From Octopus bimaculoides (lineage: Eukaryota): a stretch of DNA of 57,317 nucleotides. The stretch lies in assembly GCF_001194135.2 (NCBI RefSeq), contig NC_068981.1, positions 136,430,250-136,487,566 on the forward strand, in the 5' to 3' direction. This document shows positions 25,297-38,462 of the stretch, piece by piece. Every line of letters starts with the position of its first letter. Positions within the stretch are counted from its first letter, which is position 1. The notes beneath the pieces were generated by a model. The model saw nothing but the letters and a program-made list of their open reading frames with translations. It searched no databases and had not been told where the DNA came from. A program made the translations under genes and the position numbers.

Positions 25297-28200
25297 TTTA
25301 CAATTAATACTGTCAATTTTGTTTTCAAATCCTATATACTAAGCAAAAAATCCTGCTATTGTTATCATCTGAGCCCACCATGCTGCTTAGGTTTTGGTAT
25401 AGTTTGGCCCCTTTAACTCTATAGATTTCTATTGCATAATATTTGTACCTACTCTTCAGGGATATCACATGATCAACCAGACTATTGAGTATTATTACAT
25501 TACTGTTTGCAATCACTTTGCATTGTTTTATCTTTTAAATGATGTCACCCTGCTGGCTAGGTGAGCAGACCACCTCTAGGTATATATACATGTATAATGT
25601 TGCTATGTTTTTAGACAACTGAACTGTGATATATAAGCATCAAAAATAGCATCCATTTCTTTACAGAGCATAATATCACTCTATGGATCACTTGGTTATG
25701 AGCCAGCAAGCTTGAATATCATTAGTCATGTCTTTCATAAGCTCAAAAATGATCCCCCATGAAAAACTGTTTTTAAACTGACTTTTTCTACAATTAAAAT
25801 TCATGCAACAGCAATTATTATATGCTCTTTAACTCTTTAAAATGTGTTTTTCTTCCATGCCAGAAGGCAGGACTTATGACCCTTTTAAGGCCTTGAAGAC
25901 CTAGCTCAACTGCTTACAACTGTTTAGTAAACAGAAGGCACTCAAGGTGTTAGGTGGTGGTTTTAAACTGGGTGCTGGATTAACCCCCTAAGCATTCAGA
26001 TTATTCTGTCAAATCTAATGCTTATTTCTTCACATTGATTTGAATAAGTAATGCATTACCTTGTAGCTTTGAAATTTCGATGACTTGAGTGCTTATTTTT
26101 AGAATAACGTTGCTGGTTAAGTGTGAGAGACCAGATCTGAGCAGTAAAACAATATTTTGGCCAAATATAGTAAAAATATTATTTAAATGCTGAAGTTGAC
26201 CATGATTGGATTTCAACTCAGAACACAAAAAAACTGGAACAAATACTGCAAGGCATTCAAACTAATGTTCATACAGTTCCACCAATCCACTTCCTGGAAT
26301 TGGTACTTTTTTTCTTTCTTTTTTTTTTACCTTGAAAGAATGAAAGGCAAAATTGACCTAAGCGAGATTTGAACTCAGACTAACCACAGATAGTAGGAAG
26401 AAAAACCATGAAACATTCTACCCAACTTATGTGTATGTTTATATTGCTTAAAAATGATGACACACATTCTGTAGGAATATCATACTTATGAGAGGCAATA
26501 AAGATATTTAGAAAGGTAGAGATCAAGGAAGAGATGTAAAGACTGTTTGATAAGCAAGTGAGTAGATATGTTAGAAAAAGAGGGGAGACGGCATCTTTTT
26601 TCTATTATTTTCTTTGTAAGCATGTTTCACTTTCCTATATAGAGCATTTTGAAAGTAAGGATTTCACTTGCTTCTTACTGATGTAAAGTAATCTGTTGTA
26701 TGAATTATGTTTGGTCTAAAATTAAATATGTAAGTATTATATGTATATTTGTCTACTACTTCAAAGAGAAAATTACATCAGTTCACTTCTGCACATGCAT
26801 TATACAAATGAAAGGAAATAGACATTCACCAAATAATTTAAATGTAAGCTAGATTAGATTAGCTGTTGCCAAAGGTTACTTGTATGCGTTTTGAAATATT
26901 GATTTATAATATCTAATAAAAATGCTAGCGTTCAGAATTATTGCATTTAATTCATAATGTAACCAACCTAAAACTTAAATTCCCATTGACTTTTCTTTGC
27001 CATTTAATGGCCTGAAGTGGTGACTGCGGGGAAAGAAAAATGTTAATTGTCTGTAATAAAGTTTTTATTACACCATGAAATTGTATTGTGGCTCACTAAG
27101 GTCGCAGAACAAGCATTATAGCTAACTGAAATTTGCTTATGCCACATATCAAATTATTGTCTTTGATATTAAACCGGATATCTTTGTTGGGGGTCACATT
27201 AGAGAAGTTAGCATTGGTTGGTTTGAAATTCATAAGTGAGTAAAATTTTGCTTGTGGGTGATATAGGACAGTTTTCCATTTATATTTGCATCTAGTAATT
27301 ATTTCTAAGCTGTAGCTCATACTAGATCAATAACTTTGTTTTTAAACTAATTAAAACTAAATTCTATTGGTTCCATGATATAAAATCTCATTTTAAAGGG
27401 TTTATATTTAAAACCTTTATTATTTGTATGTTGCCACTGTTTGTTAATGTTATGTAATAAACCTTAACTTTTTTTTTGTGGTGGCAGGGTTGCACAGAGC
27501 TAGAAATTTTGAAGGGAAGAAGTTGATTGTATTGACTTCAGAGCTCAATTGGTACTTATTTTATTGACCCCCAAAAGGAGGAAAGGTGAAGTCAACCTTG
27601 GTGGTATTTGAATGCAGAATGTAAAGAGCCATAAGAAATGTTACTTGGTGCTTAATCCAGAATGGTACCTTTTCTGCTGGCTCCTTATCTTAATGAAATA
27701 AGTTGTCCTAGACCCGACTGTTTTTGACATCTATTAAAATGCATAAGCAATGTGGTAACTAAAGGATTCATGTTTTTCACAAAATGAATAATTCAACCTT
27801 TTCCTCTGTGGTGGCTGGAGAATTACTCTCTCTTCACTTCTGGGATTAAACTATTGCAGTCCCAGCGTATACCATATCCTATAACCACCTCACTACATTA
27901 CTACAGGTTGTAACCTGTACTAATGGAGCAGTGAGGTGGTTTTTAGTCATTTGGTATCTATTTCTAGCGTGTAGGTGTGGTAAATCCACACTCTTTAATA
28001 TAACTATCTATATAATTATAAATTTAGTGTAAAATGTTACCTGCAAGGTTTTTATTTCACACTGGCCACTTGATAAAATCATTAAAGTGATTTTATCCTT
28101 AATTCTACACAGATATATATTATTTGCATTTTATATCCGGTTATAATTAAAAGCAAGTTTACATTAAGTTAATGGATTACTCTAAACCTATGTAGAGTAC

Positions 28201-28319
28201 AAATTTACATTTTGAAACAAGAAAGTTGTTGACAGGGACTTTAAAGTTTTGGCCAGATAAGCTATCGTCAGATGTTATAAGTTTCATCAAAAGAGGAACA
28301 CTGATAATAATAATAATGA

Positions 28320-28748
28320 TTTCAAATTTTGGCACTAGGCCAATGATTTTGGCGGAGGGAGTAAGTTGATTACATTCCTTCCCAACCCCAAATGGATGAA
28401 AGGCAAAGTCAACCTCAGCAAAATTTGAACTTAGAATGTAAAGATGGACGAAATGCTGCTTAGCATTTTGCTTGGCATGCTAACAATTCTGCCAGCTCAT
28501 CACCTTTATGATAATAATGTGTATGTGAGGCAGGGAGCTGGCAGAAATGTTAGCACGCTGGGCGAAATGCTTAGCAGTATTTTGTCTGTCTTTACGTTCT
28601 GAGTTCAAATTCGGCCAAGGTGGACTTTGCTTTTCATCCTTTTGGGGTCAATAAATTAAGTACCAGTTGCATACTGGGGTTGATCTAATCGGCTGGTCCC
28701 CACCTCCCAAAAAATTTCGGGCCTTGTGCTAAGAGTAGAAAAGAATGT
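28320..28748. mobile_element. divergent pair of family B SINEs (- 28320-28505, + 28530-28748)
   Basis: two opposite-orientation copies with heads about 25 bp apart. Confidence 0.8.
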
Positions 28749-29779
28749 GGATGTATGTCTGTCTGGATAGATAAATAGATGGATTGATGTGTGTATGTGT
28801 GTATATATATATATATATATATGTATATATAGATAGATATATATATATATATATGGGAGAATGTACGAAAAAAAATAACAACAGACGAGGACAGGTGGTG
28901 TAAATGTATATGTGTGTGTGTGTGTGCTTGTGTATACATATGCCTCGTGTGTTTCATGTGATGTTACTCAAGAGATTTGCATTACAGTATTTGCCTTGTC
29001 GTTGTCAGTTTTTGGTGATAAAATATATCTGTTTCCTCCCCTCCTATTTTGTCGCATTTCAGATGGCTTTCTGCATCTGTTTATACATTAAAGCATTAAA
29101 TCTATACTGCACCATAAGCATCCATTTAAAATGGCTTTAATGAAATGCAGCTTGATTGGTTAGATTAAGCTATTGTGAGTATTGACTTTTGGAGACTATC
29201 ATTGGTTTTTTTTTTGGGGTGGGGGGTTCATTAGCTTGGATATGTCTAAAAATTTCTTTTTATTTATTTAGTTTCCCCGCCTCACCATAATTAGGTATGA
29301 ATATTTTATGCCTTGATAGTTTTCCAAATGTTGCCATAGACTGTTGTTATCTCAGTGACTTGCTTATTCTTGTTTTATGTTGTAATCCAAATAACCACCA
29401 TACTCATCAATCTCGAATATAAAGCATTTGATTTGGTTTGGCTGGTGTTGATGTTGTAGTTGTTGCTTAATCCTAGATCAGTCTTGATTGAAGAAACCTA
29501 TAATCAAAGGTGTTCCAGATGTGATATTATTTTTATTTTTCAGGCATAGTTTATCTAAGCCTTCATTATCTAATGTATCCTTCCTTGCTCTTCTTTAACC
29601 CTGTGTCATGCTACCTGATGCTTTCAGCTCCAATTCCTCTGTACAGCAACTTCAACAAATACTTTCTACCATAATCTTCAATTGAATTATGCTCTGTGAG
29701 AAAAATTGCATACATCAAAACTCTGTGGAAACTGAATATATATGTACAACTGTGTGTGTGTATATATTGCTAATGATAA

Positions 29780-31032
29780 TTTTCTCCTATAAGCACAAGG
29801 CCCAAAATTTTCAGTGTTTAACTAATAATTACTTTATTAACCCCAAAAGGATGAAAGGTAAAGTCGACCTTGATGGAATTTGAACTCAGAATGTAAAGAT
29901 ATGAAATGCCACTAAGCATTTTGCCCAGCGTGGCAACAATTCTACCAGCTTGATTTATATATCTGTGTGGTAAGAAGTTTGCTTCCCAGCCACATGGTTC
30001 TGGGTTCAGTCCCACTGTGTGACACCTTGGGCAAGCATCTTCTACTATAGCCTCAAGCTGACCAAAGCTTTATTAGGGGATTCGGTACACAGAAACTGAA
30101 AGAAGCTTGTCGTATATATGTGCGTGTGTGTGTGCGTGTGCACGTGTATTTGTCTTTGTGTTTGTTCTACACACTGTTTGGCAACAAGTGTTGGTTTGTT
30201 TATGTCCCCATAACTTAACAGTTTGGCAAAAGTGACTTATAGAATAAGTATCAGACTTTAAAAAAAAATAAGTTTTGGGGTTAACTTGTTTGACTAAACC
30301 CTTCAAGGTTGTGCCCCAGCAAAGCTTGATTCCAAATTGCACCTGTGCCAGTTTCATGTAAATAGCACTCATGCTGATACCACATAAACAGAAACAAATG
30401 CCAGTAACATGCGAACTGTGCCAATGCTGGCACCAGGTGAAAAGCACCCAGTACACTCTGTAAAATGGTTGGCATAAGGAAGGACATCAAGCTGTAGAAA
30501 CCAAAAACAAATGACCGGAGCCTGGTGCAGCCCTCCAGTTGACCAGCTCCTGTCAAACTGTCCAACCCATGCCAACATGGAAAACAGATATTCTTTTCTA
30601 CTCTGGACATAAGACCCAAAATTTTGGGGGAGGGGGCCAGTCAATTAGATCGACTGCAGTATGCAGCTGGTAGTTAATTTATCGACCCCAAAAGGATGAA
30701 AGGCAAAGTCAACCTCGGCAGAATTTGAACTCAGAACATAAAGACAGACAAAATACCACTAAGCATTTCACCTGGTGTGCTAACATTTCTGCCAGCTCAC
30801 CACCTTATAAAATAAGAATCTTTTGTACTCTAGGCACAAGGCCCGAAATTTTTGGGGAGTGGGCCAGTCAATTAGATCAAGCCCAGTATGCAACTGATAC
30901 TTAATTTATCGATCCCAAGAGGATGAAAGGCAAAGTAAACCTTAGGGGAATTTGAACTCAGAATTTAAAGACAGACAAAATACCACTAAGCATTTTGCCT
31001 GGTGTGCTAACATTTCTGCCAGCTCACTGCCT
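29780..31032. mobile_element. SINE cluster: B(-), A(+) with RTE tail, then tandem B(-) B(-) at 30590-30805 and 30815-31032
   Basis: family motifs recognisable throughout. Confidence 0.8.
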
Positions 31033-31414
31033 TCATGGAAAACATATTAAATGGTGATGATGATGCTCATAGATCAAATGTTTAAGATTAGTGATGATGA
31101 TCTAGGACCAAATAACAACAATAACAAGTTGAAACCTCCCCCCCCACACACACACACACATTCACATATATATCTTTTCACTAACAATCACTCTTTGACC
31201 AAATGAGCAATGGAATTCAGATTAACAATCAACAGTCATTAACTGTTTGGTGGTGTTCTACGAAGACATAAACTAGGTCACCTATAACAAACCTAAATGT
31301 AAGGCATTCATAGTGGGTAGGGGTAACTCATTGAACTCTCTGAATTTAATATTGCAGTATTTTTCATATATATACAAACATATCTACTCACATATATACA
31401 TGTATGTGTGTGTG

Positions 31415-31560
31415 TAGGAAGGGCATCCAGCTGTAGAAACTCTGCCAAATTTAGATTGGAGCCTGGTGTTGCCATCCGGTTTCACCAGTCCTCAGTCAAG
31501 TCGTCCAACCCATGCTAGCATGGAAAGCGGACGTTAAACGATGATGATGATGATGATGAT
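31415..31560 (+). mobile_element. young RTE-type 3' terminus with (GAT)n tail
   Basis: aggaagggcatccagctgtagaaactctgcc...gcggacgttaaacgatgatgat. Confidence 0.8.
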
Positions 31561-31608
<48 letters not shown>

Positions 31609-31679
31609 TAGATAGCTATATGAGTGTACAATTTATTGGAAAGATCCAGGTGAATAGTTACAAAGTAGCTAAATGTTGC

Positions 31680-33876
31680 TTAACTAATGGGTCCATTGGA
31701 CCCTCGAATTAAATTCAGACAATACTCTTGTCATTCTAAACAGAATAAAAGCAATATCAAATATCATTTTCCAAGATATTTATCAGATATTAAAAGAAAA
31801 AAAAAATTGTATTCAATTTATTTGCTGGACTTTAGATAAAATAGGAAAAATTATGAAAATATTCCTAATCTGCTAGGTTATAGGGTGATGCAATATTTCT
31901 ATGTGATGACGCAATTCTTACAATATATTGCATCACCTTTCCGGAGAGTATAAATATGAGAGAGCAACATCTGCCTTTAGTCGGCTATCAAGTATCATAT
32001 AGTTCAGTTGTGCTTTCCAGTATGCTTAGACATGAAAACTTGAGTGAAGACCAAATTTTGAAAAGGTTATTGGAATTAGATGAAGAAGGGGAAGAAGATA
32101 ATAGTGATTCCTTCTGTTGCTCTGAAGATGATGGTGAAAGTGATTGTGTGCTGGACAGTTTAGGTTCTGTGTCATCAGACGATGAAGAAACTCAAAAACA
32201 ATTATCTGCAAGCCACCCAATTATGAATGAGCAATATGTTTCTAGAGACAGACAAGAAATTTGGCATTCTCATCCTCTTACTCAAACAGCAATAAGAACT
32301 TCATCTTGCAATATTGTGCACCAAGAATGTGGACCATCGCGTTTTGCTGAAAGGTCTTGTGATAACATTGAAACATGTTTTACTATCTTTATGCACCAGA
32401 ATCTTGTTGAAGTAATTCGTAAATGGACAAATATTAAAGGTCAGGTTGGACTCATTATTCTTTCAAGTGTTTATAAATCTAAACAAGAAAATGTCACACA
32501 GTTATGGAGTCAAGAAGATGGCCACCCAATATTCAGCAAAATTATGAACCAGGGAAGATTTCAATAGATTTTACAAGTATTATTTTGATGATGCTAGTGC
32601 AAGAAGAAAAAAAGAGAAGTGATGATAAATTGGTGCCCATAAGAGAAGTATTTGAAATGTGGAATCAGAACTTGCAAGAAAGATATGTTCCAAGTTCATG
32701 CATGACAGTTGATGAACAATTAGTTTCATTCAGAGGGCGCTGCCCATTCCATGTATATATTCCTTCAAAACCAGGGAAATATGGAATTAAAATTTGGGCA
32801 ATATGCAACAGTGAAACATCTTATTCCTAGAAAATGCAAATCTACACTAGAAAAGACCCAGTAAAAGGGAAAGAGATAATTCAAGGTTCAAGAGTTGTTG
32901 AAGACCTATTAAAAGAACTTGAAAATACTGGTCGCAATATAACTTGTGATAATTTTTTTACAAGTCTAGGATTGGCTTGAAAGCTGCTTAGCAAGAAAAC
33001 TACTTTAGTTGGAACAATTAGAAAGAACAGAGTTGAACTTCCACGTGCTTTCACAAATGGAAAAGAAAGAGAAACCAACAGCACAATATTTGGATTTTAA
33101 AAGGATTCTATGATCCTATCTTATTGTCTCAAGAAAAATTATGTTGTCACACTTATGAGTACAATGCACTCTCAGCTTTCAATTGATTCAAAAAGTGCTG
33201 AAAAGAAACAACAAAACAAAAAAAGGGATACTCTAGATAAGATGGTAAAGACATACACTTGCAAAAGTGGCCAATGGTTATATTCTACAACATGATTGAT
33301 ATAAGTGCAGTGAATGCTTTCATTGTTGCTAAATGCGGCTTCACTTGCAAAGTTTCAAGGATGAAAGAAGACAATGCCTAATTCAATTAGAAAAGGAACT
33401 TGCTGGAGTTAATGCTAAACAAGAACATGACAAACAATCTTCTAGTTCTGCTACATTTCTCAACCAAACAAGAAAAGAAGATGATCTTCAATCTCACTTG
33501 AGATTCCTCAGTCAAAGAAAAAAGGAAGATGTTCTTTGTGTGCCCACCCCCCAAACAAAGGCAGGAAACTCATACTACATTTAAGAATTGTAATATCCAT
33601 GTTTGCCAAGAACATTCCAATATTGTCTGCATTCACTGCCATGAAGAGCTGTTATTCTGTATTATTGTAATTTTTTAAATTTATAATATACTCTGTAAGT
33701 TGTATTTTTTTTATTAAGATTTGTGAGAAACAGTAATTCTTCATTCACCTGATAGGATATATAATGTAGCTAAGAAATAGTGGTAGTTTGAATAAAATTT
33801 AATTAAAAGAAAAATATTGGGTCTATTGGAGCCAGTTGGTAATTAGTGACATACATTTTCTCTGGCAGACCAAGGG
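31680..33876 (+). pseudogene. piggyBac (PGBD4-like) transposon with decayed transposase at about 31956-33650
   Basis: MTVDEQLVSFRGRCPF, PSKPGKYGIKIW, NITCDNFFTS, LVGTIRKNR, DTLDKMV motifs; several stops and frameshifts; right end AGGG|TTGA; subterminal GGGTC-n-GACCC-type motif at both ends. Confidence 0.92.
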
Positions 33877-34096
33877 TTGAGTGTCTGGGGAAACAATGGT
33901 CACACTTGTGTCAGATTTGATTCTGGGGATAAGCGAGACATATTTAGAAGATAGGAAAAATTTTTAAAAAAAGGAGACAAACGCTTGAGATGTTATTAAA
34001 TCATTTATATCTTCATATCATTGACATATGTGCGTGTTGTGAGTATATGTATGTGTGTGTTTATATGTAGATGTGTATATATGTGTACATGTATAG

Positions 34097-34135
<39 letters not shown>

Positions 34136-34145
34136 NNNNNNNNNN

Positions 34146-34178
<33 letters not shown>

Positions 34179-34309
34179 AATAAATATATATGTATATGTA
34201 TACATATATTGCATGTAAGTGTGTGTACGTGAGTGTGTACATATGCATATATATACATCACATTTTCTGGGGCTTTTTATATCTGTTTAAATGCCTATTT
34301 GATGAGCAC

Positions 34310-34368
34310 TGTTGTTTATCTCCTCCCTGATGTTGTTTATCTCCTCCCTGATGTAGTTTATCTCCTCC
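34310..34368. repeat. 21-bp minisatellite (tgttgtttatctcctccctga) x~3
   Basis: direct inspection. Confidence 0.9.
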
Positions 34369-34485
34369 ACATTATTCATTCTGTTGGATTTATTTTGAAT
34401 GCATCCATCAAAACATGTTGATGATATGAAGATATAAATGACTAAATAACATCTCAAGCATTTGTCTACTTTTTCAATTTTACCT

Positions 34486-34522
<37 letters not shown>

Positions 34523-35312
34523 GGAGAGTATTTTGTAGCTCGCTTGAAGCATTGTGTATTGTTTGTAAAGAATAAAATGTTTTGAATGCTACAACAATGC
34601 ATTATAATACAAAAAAATGGACTATATACCTGTTGTAATTTGGTTATCTATATAGTCCGATGATATTTCGGAATTACAATTCCTTCTTCAGATATTCTTA
34701 GGTGGAGTCTCTGCTATAAACTGTTTTCCAACGGTTTTCTTTTTTTCGGAAGCGTCTCAGTAGTGGTCTCACGAAGCTTCTTCCGGAATTCCTCATGAGA
34801 AGTGCGTGAGGTTGGCTATGTTTCAATCTCGTGTGTGTTGTCTTAGTACATCTGTAGCGCTGTTTCTAAGTTATGTGTTATACGTGCAGCTTCTCTTTTT
34901 TCTTTTTTTGCCCTTCTTTTTTTTTGTTATAAACAATACATGAGCATGTTATTAAGAATGAACCTACACACATCCAGATGTAGCTAAATAATATATTGAT
35001 TACCAACCTCCAGCCTGTTATTAATTTGGGGTCTTAGTCTGTGTATGAGTAAAGCTTCCTTAATTCTTAAATTACCCAAATTTCTTTCATTGGCCTCCAT
35101 TGTGACTGTTATACTTTTGTCAGTGTTCCGGCATCTGTCTAGATGTTTTCTGAAGGAGGAGGCTCTCGTGTTCAGATGTTCTTTGATGTGGACGTGTAAC
35201 GGTCTTGTTGTGCTACCCACATAGAACTTGTTGCAGTTGTTACATTGTATTTTATACACAACATTTACCTGTTGGCATAAATCTGTGTCACGGATGGGAC
35301 AATTTGTTAATG
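34523..35312 (-). mobile_element. Penelope-like element 3' fragment: GIY-YIG endonuclease (34984-35312) plus pLTR-like tail
   Basis: CPI...CQQVNVVYKIQCNNCNKFYVGSTTRPLHVHIKEH...KEALLIHRLRPQINNR; truncated by a family B SINE. Confidence 0.9.
34655..34698 (-). ncRNA. putative minimal type-I hammerhead ribozyme in the Penelope tail
   Basis: minus strand reads CUGAAGA-A-GGAAU-UGUA-AUUCC-GAAA-UAUC; perfect 5-bp stem II; stem I weak. Confidence 0.5.
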
Positions 35313-36578
35313 CACAAATGAAAAAGTGAAACTCAGAACAAAATGCTACTAAGCATTTTGCATTTTGCATTATGCCAAGTGTGCTAACCATTCTGCCAGC
35401 TTCCTGCCTTAATATCAATTTCAAATTTTGCCACAAGGCCAGCAATTTCGAGTGAGTGGGTAAGTTAATTACATTGCCCCCAGTGTTCAACTGGTACTTA
35501 TTTCATAAACCTTGAAACAAATGAAAGACAAAATCATCCTTGGCGGAATCTGAACTCAGAACATGAAGACAGACAAATTGCTGCAAAGCAGTTTGAAAAC
35601 CATGCTAACAATTCTGCCAGCTCACTGTCTTAATATTAATTTCATATTTTGGCACAGGGCCTGCAATTTCAGGAAAGGGGTAAGCCGATTTGATTGACCC
35701 CAGTGTTCCACAGGTACTTATTTTACCGACCTTGAGAGAGAGGGAAGGAGAGAATATGAGAAACATAAGAATGTCTGATGTCAAATAAGTTAATGCTGAA
35801 TCAGTGACACCAAATATGCAACCCTGAAACAGCTGTACTCAAAATATCTCAAAGGCATTTAATATGTATTCTAATTGCATCAGAAAATATACATAAGGAT
35901 ATATTTTATGACAGCAATGCAATATCAATGTTGAGATATTAGTGCAGGTGTGGCTGTGTGACAAGAACTTTGCTTTCCTAGCACATGTTTCTGGGTTCAG
36001 TCCCACTGTGTGGTTGCACCTTCTACTATTGCCTGGGGCCAGCCAAAACCTTGTGAGCAGATTTTGGTACACAGAAACTCAAAGAAGTCCATCATATATA
36101 TGTGTGTGTGTGCGTGCGTGTGTGCATCTGTGTTTGTTCCCCACCAATACTTTCCCCGTCCTAATGAACTCAGAATTTGCTTATGATTTTATATAGTCCT
36201 ATTTCAGCCATGAAACGCACGTAGTCTATGTACTAGCACTAACTATTTACATTTATACTTCCATACTGTATATTATCGTATTAATTTTTACTGTCCAATT
36301 TATAAATTTGACTTTTAAACTTTTTAAATTAATATTTCTATGATTTATTTATGTAAGATGTTATTTAATTTGAATTTTTAGATTAAAATATTAGATTTAT
36401 TAAGATGGAATATGCCTCACAGCATGGATTGGGACGGGTTCTGAGTTGACTGAGTTGTAGAGTGGTTGTTCATCTCTAAATTAGTTATTTATATATATAT
36501 ATATTAGGAAACCCGGTATAATATTATACCGATTTTTGCCTGTAAGGTTGGAATAAATTTTTTATTCCCTAATATTAT

Positions 36579-36622
<44 letters not shown>

Positions 36623-37688
36623 ATGTATGTTATGTTTATGTTTGTGTGTGTCATTGTATCTGTGTTTCTCTCCCCATTACCACTTGTCAACTGGTTTGGT
36701 GTATTTATGTCCCTGTAACCTAGCAGTTCAGCAAAAGGGACTGATGGAATAAGTACTAGGCTTTAAAAAAAAAGTCCTGGGGCCGATTTTTTCAACTAAA
36801 AGCCTTCAAGGCGGTGCTCCAGCATGACTGCAGTCAAATGATTGTAACAAGTAAAAGAATAAAGAATGTTGTTGTTGCTGCTGCTGCTGCTGTCATCACT
36901 ATTGTTGTTTATCCTCAAGTCACCCCTGATTAAGCAAACCTATGATCAAAGGTGATCCACTTGTGGCCACTTCATATATTTGTTCAGACTGTGTGTTATC
37001 CAAAGAGTCCTTAATATCTTGAATCATAATTACAAAATCTGTGTTGGCTGGAATAGCTAGAAGTCATAAATGGTCTTATAATTTTATGTACGTTTGTATG
37101 CATGTATGTATGCCAATGTGAATTTGTGAGTATAAATATATATATTTGTGTGTGTGATCATGTCACTGTGAAAGCTTGTGTGAATGTATACATGTGAATG
37201 TGTGTGTGTGTGTGTACGTACACACAGACTATCCTGCCTTTACTGCAGATGTCAACATCTGTGCTATTATATATAATATAGTATGAAATAATATTTTATG
37301 ACATATTTGAAATATAATTTTCACAACTGAGATATCTATTTTAACAATATCTACTTATAATTTGTTTTTTCTTCAGAAAATTTTATTTTATCTTATAAAA
37401 GAGAATTATTTTTTTTATTTTTCAATATTGATGTTTATTTTATCATCCTTTCTTTCTTTTTCCTTTTCTCTTTTTTTCCCCCAAGCTCCTACACAAACAA
37501 GATTGCCTTTCAGTTAGAAGCAACAAGTTAAAAAAATTAATATTGCAGTATTCTGGTGCATTAGCAATCATAATGCAGTAAAACCAAGTTGTAACACAAT
37601 TTATGAAATGACGAACCAACAATATTATATATAAGGTCACTTGAGCTGCTAGAAACAACAGCGAAATATCTCAAATTACACCCTATGG

Positions 37689-37857
37689 CAGTCATTCCTA
37701 ACCATTTTATATTAAGGAAACCCTTTTATTTAAATGGACTTTCCCAAAGCGATTTGAAACGTCTGTCTACTCCACAAGTTCTGCACTCAGTTCATGGACC
37801 CAAGTACTTTTGTTACAGACACCCAGGAGTCTATGGATTACAGGTTCAAAACCACTC
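37689..37857. mobile_element. degenerate hAT-like MITE
   Basis: cagtcattcctaacc / ggttcaaaaccactc ends; no TSD recovered. Confidence 0.45.
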
Positions 37858-37894
37858 CCTGACAGTCTTAGTAAAATATTTTATTTCACTGTCA

Positions 37895-38380
37895 AGGGCA
37901 AGTGAGCTGGCAGAATTGTTAGCACATCGGGCAAAATGTTTAGTGGCATTTCATCTGCCTTTAGGTTCTGAGTTCAAATTCCGCCTGGGTTGACTTCACC
38001 TTTCATCATTTTGGAGTCGAGAAAATAAATACCAGTTGATTCTGGGGTTGATGTAATCGGCTTAGCTCCTTCTCCAAACCTGCTGGCTTTGTGCCAAGAT
38101 TTGAAATTGTTATTTCACTGTCTAATTAAAAGAAACAAAAAATTTGTTAGAATGATCATGACTACTGTACATATCTTATTCTTTTAATTCTTTCAGTAAT
38201 TTGACTGTGGCTGCCTTTAAGTCAAACAAATTGACCCCAGGACTTATTCTCTGTAAGCCTAATACTTATTCTATCGGTCTCTTTTGCTGAACCACTAAGT
38301 TATGGGGATGTAAACACACCAGCATCGATTGTCAAGCAATGGCAGGGGACAATCACAAACACACAAACATATACATACAT

Positions 38381-38462
<82 letters not shown>

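Noticed and set aside
27203-27235. Plus-strand 33-nt exon candidate (EVSIGWFEIH)
   Set aside because: Strong donor but poor pyrimidine tract, and no in-phase partner exons found.
27915-27945. let-7-like sequence (tgaggtggtt)
   Set aside because: The seed differs from GAGGUAG and the rest does not match.
35730-35825. Minus-strand frame GCIFGVTDSALTYLTSD as a continuation of the 43.2-kb exon
   Set aside because: The only donor lies inside a SINE remnant; not supportable.
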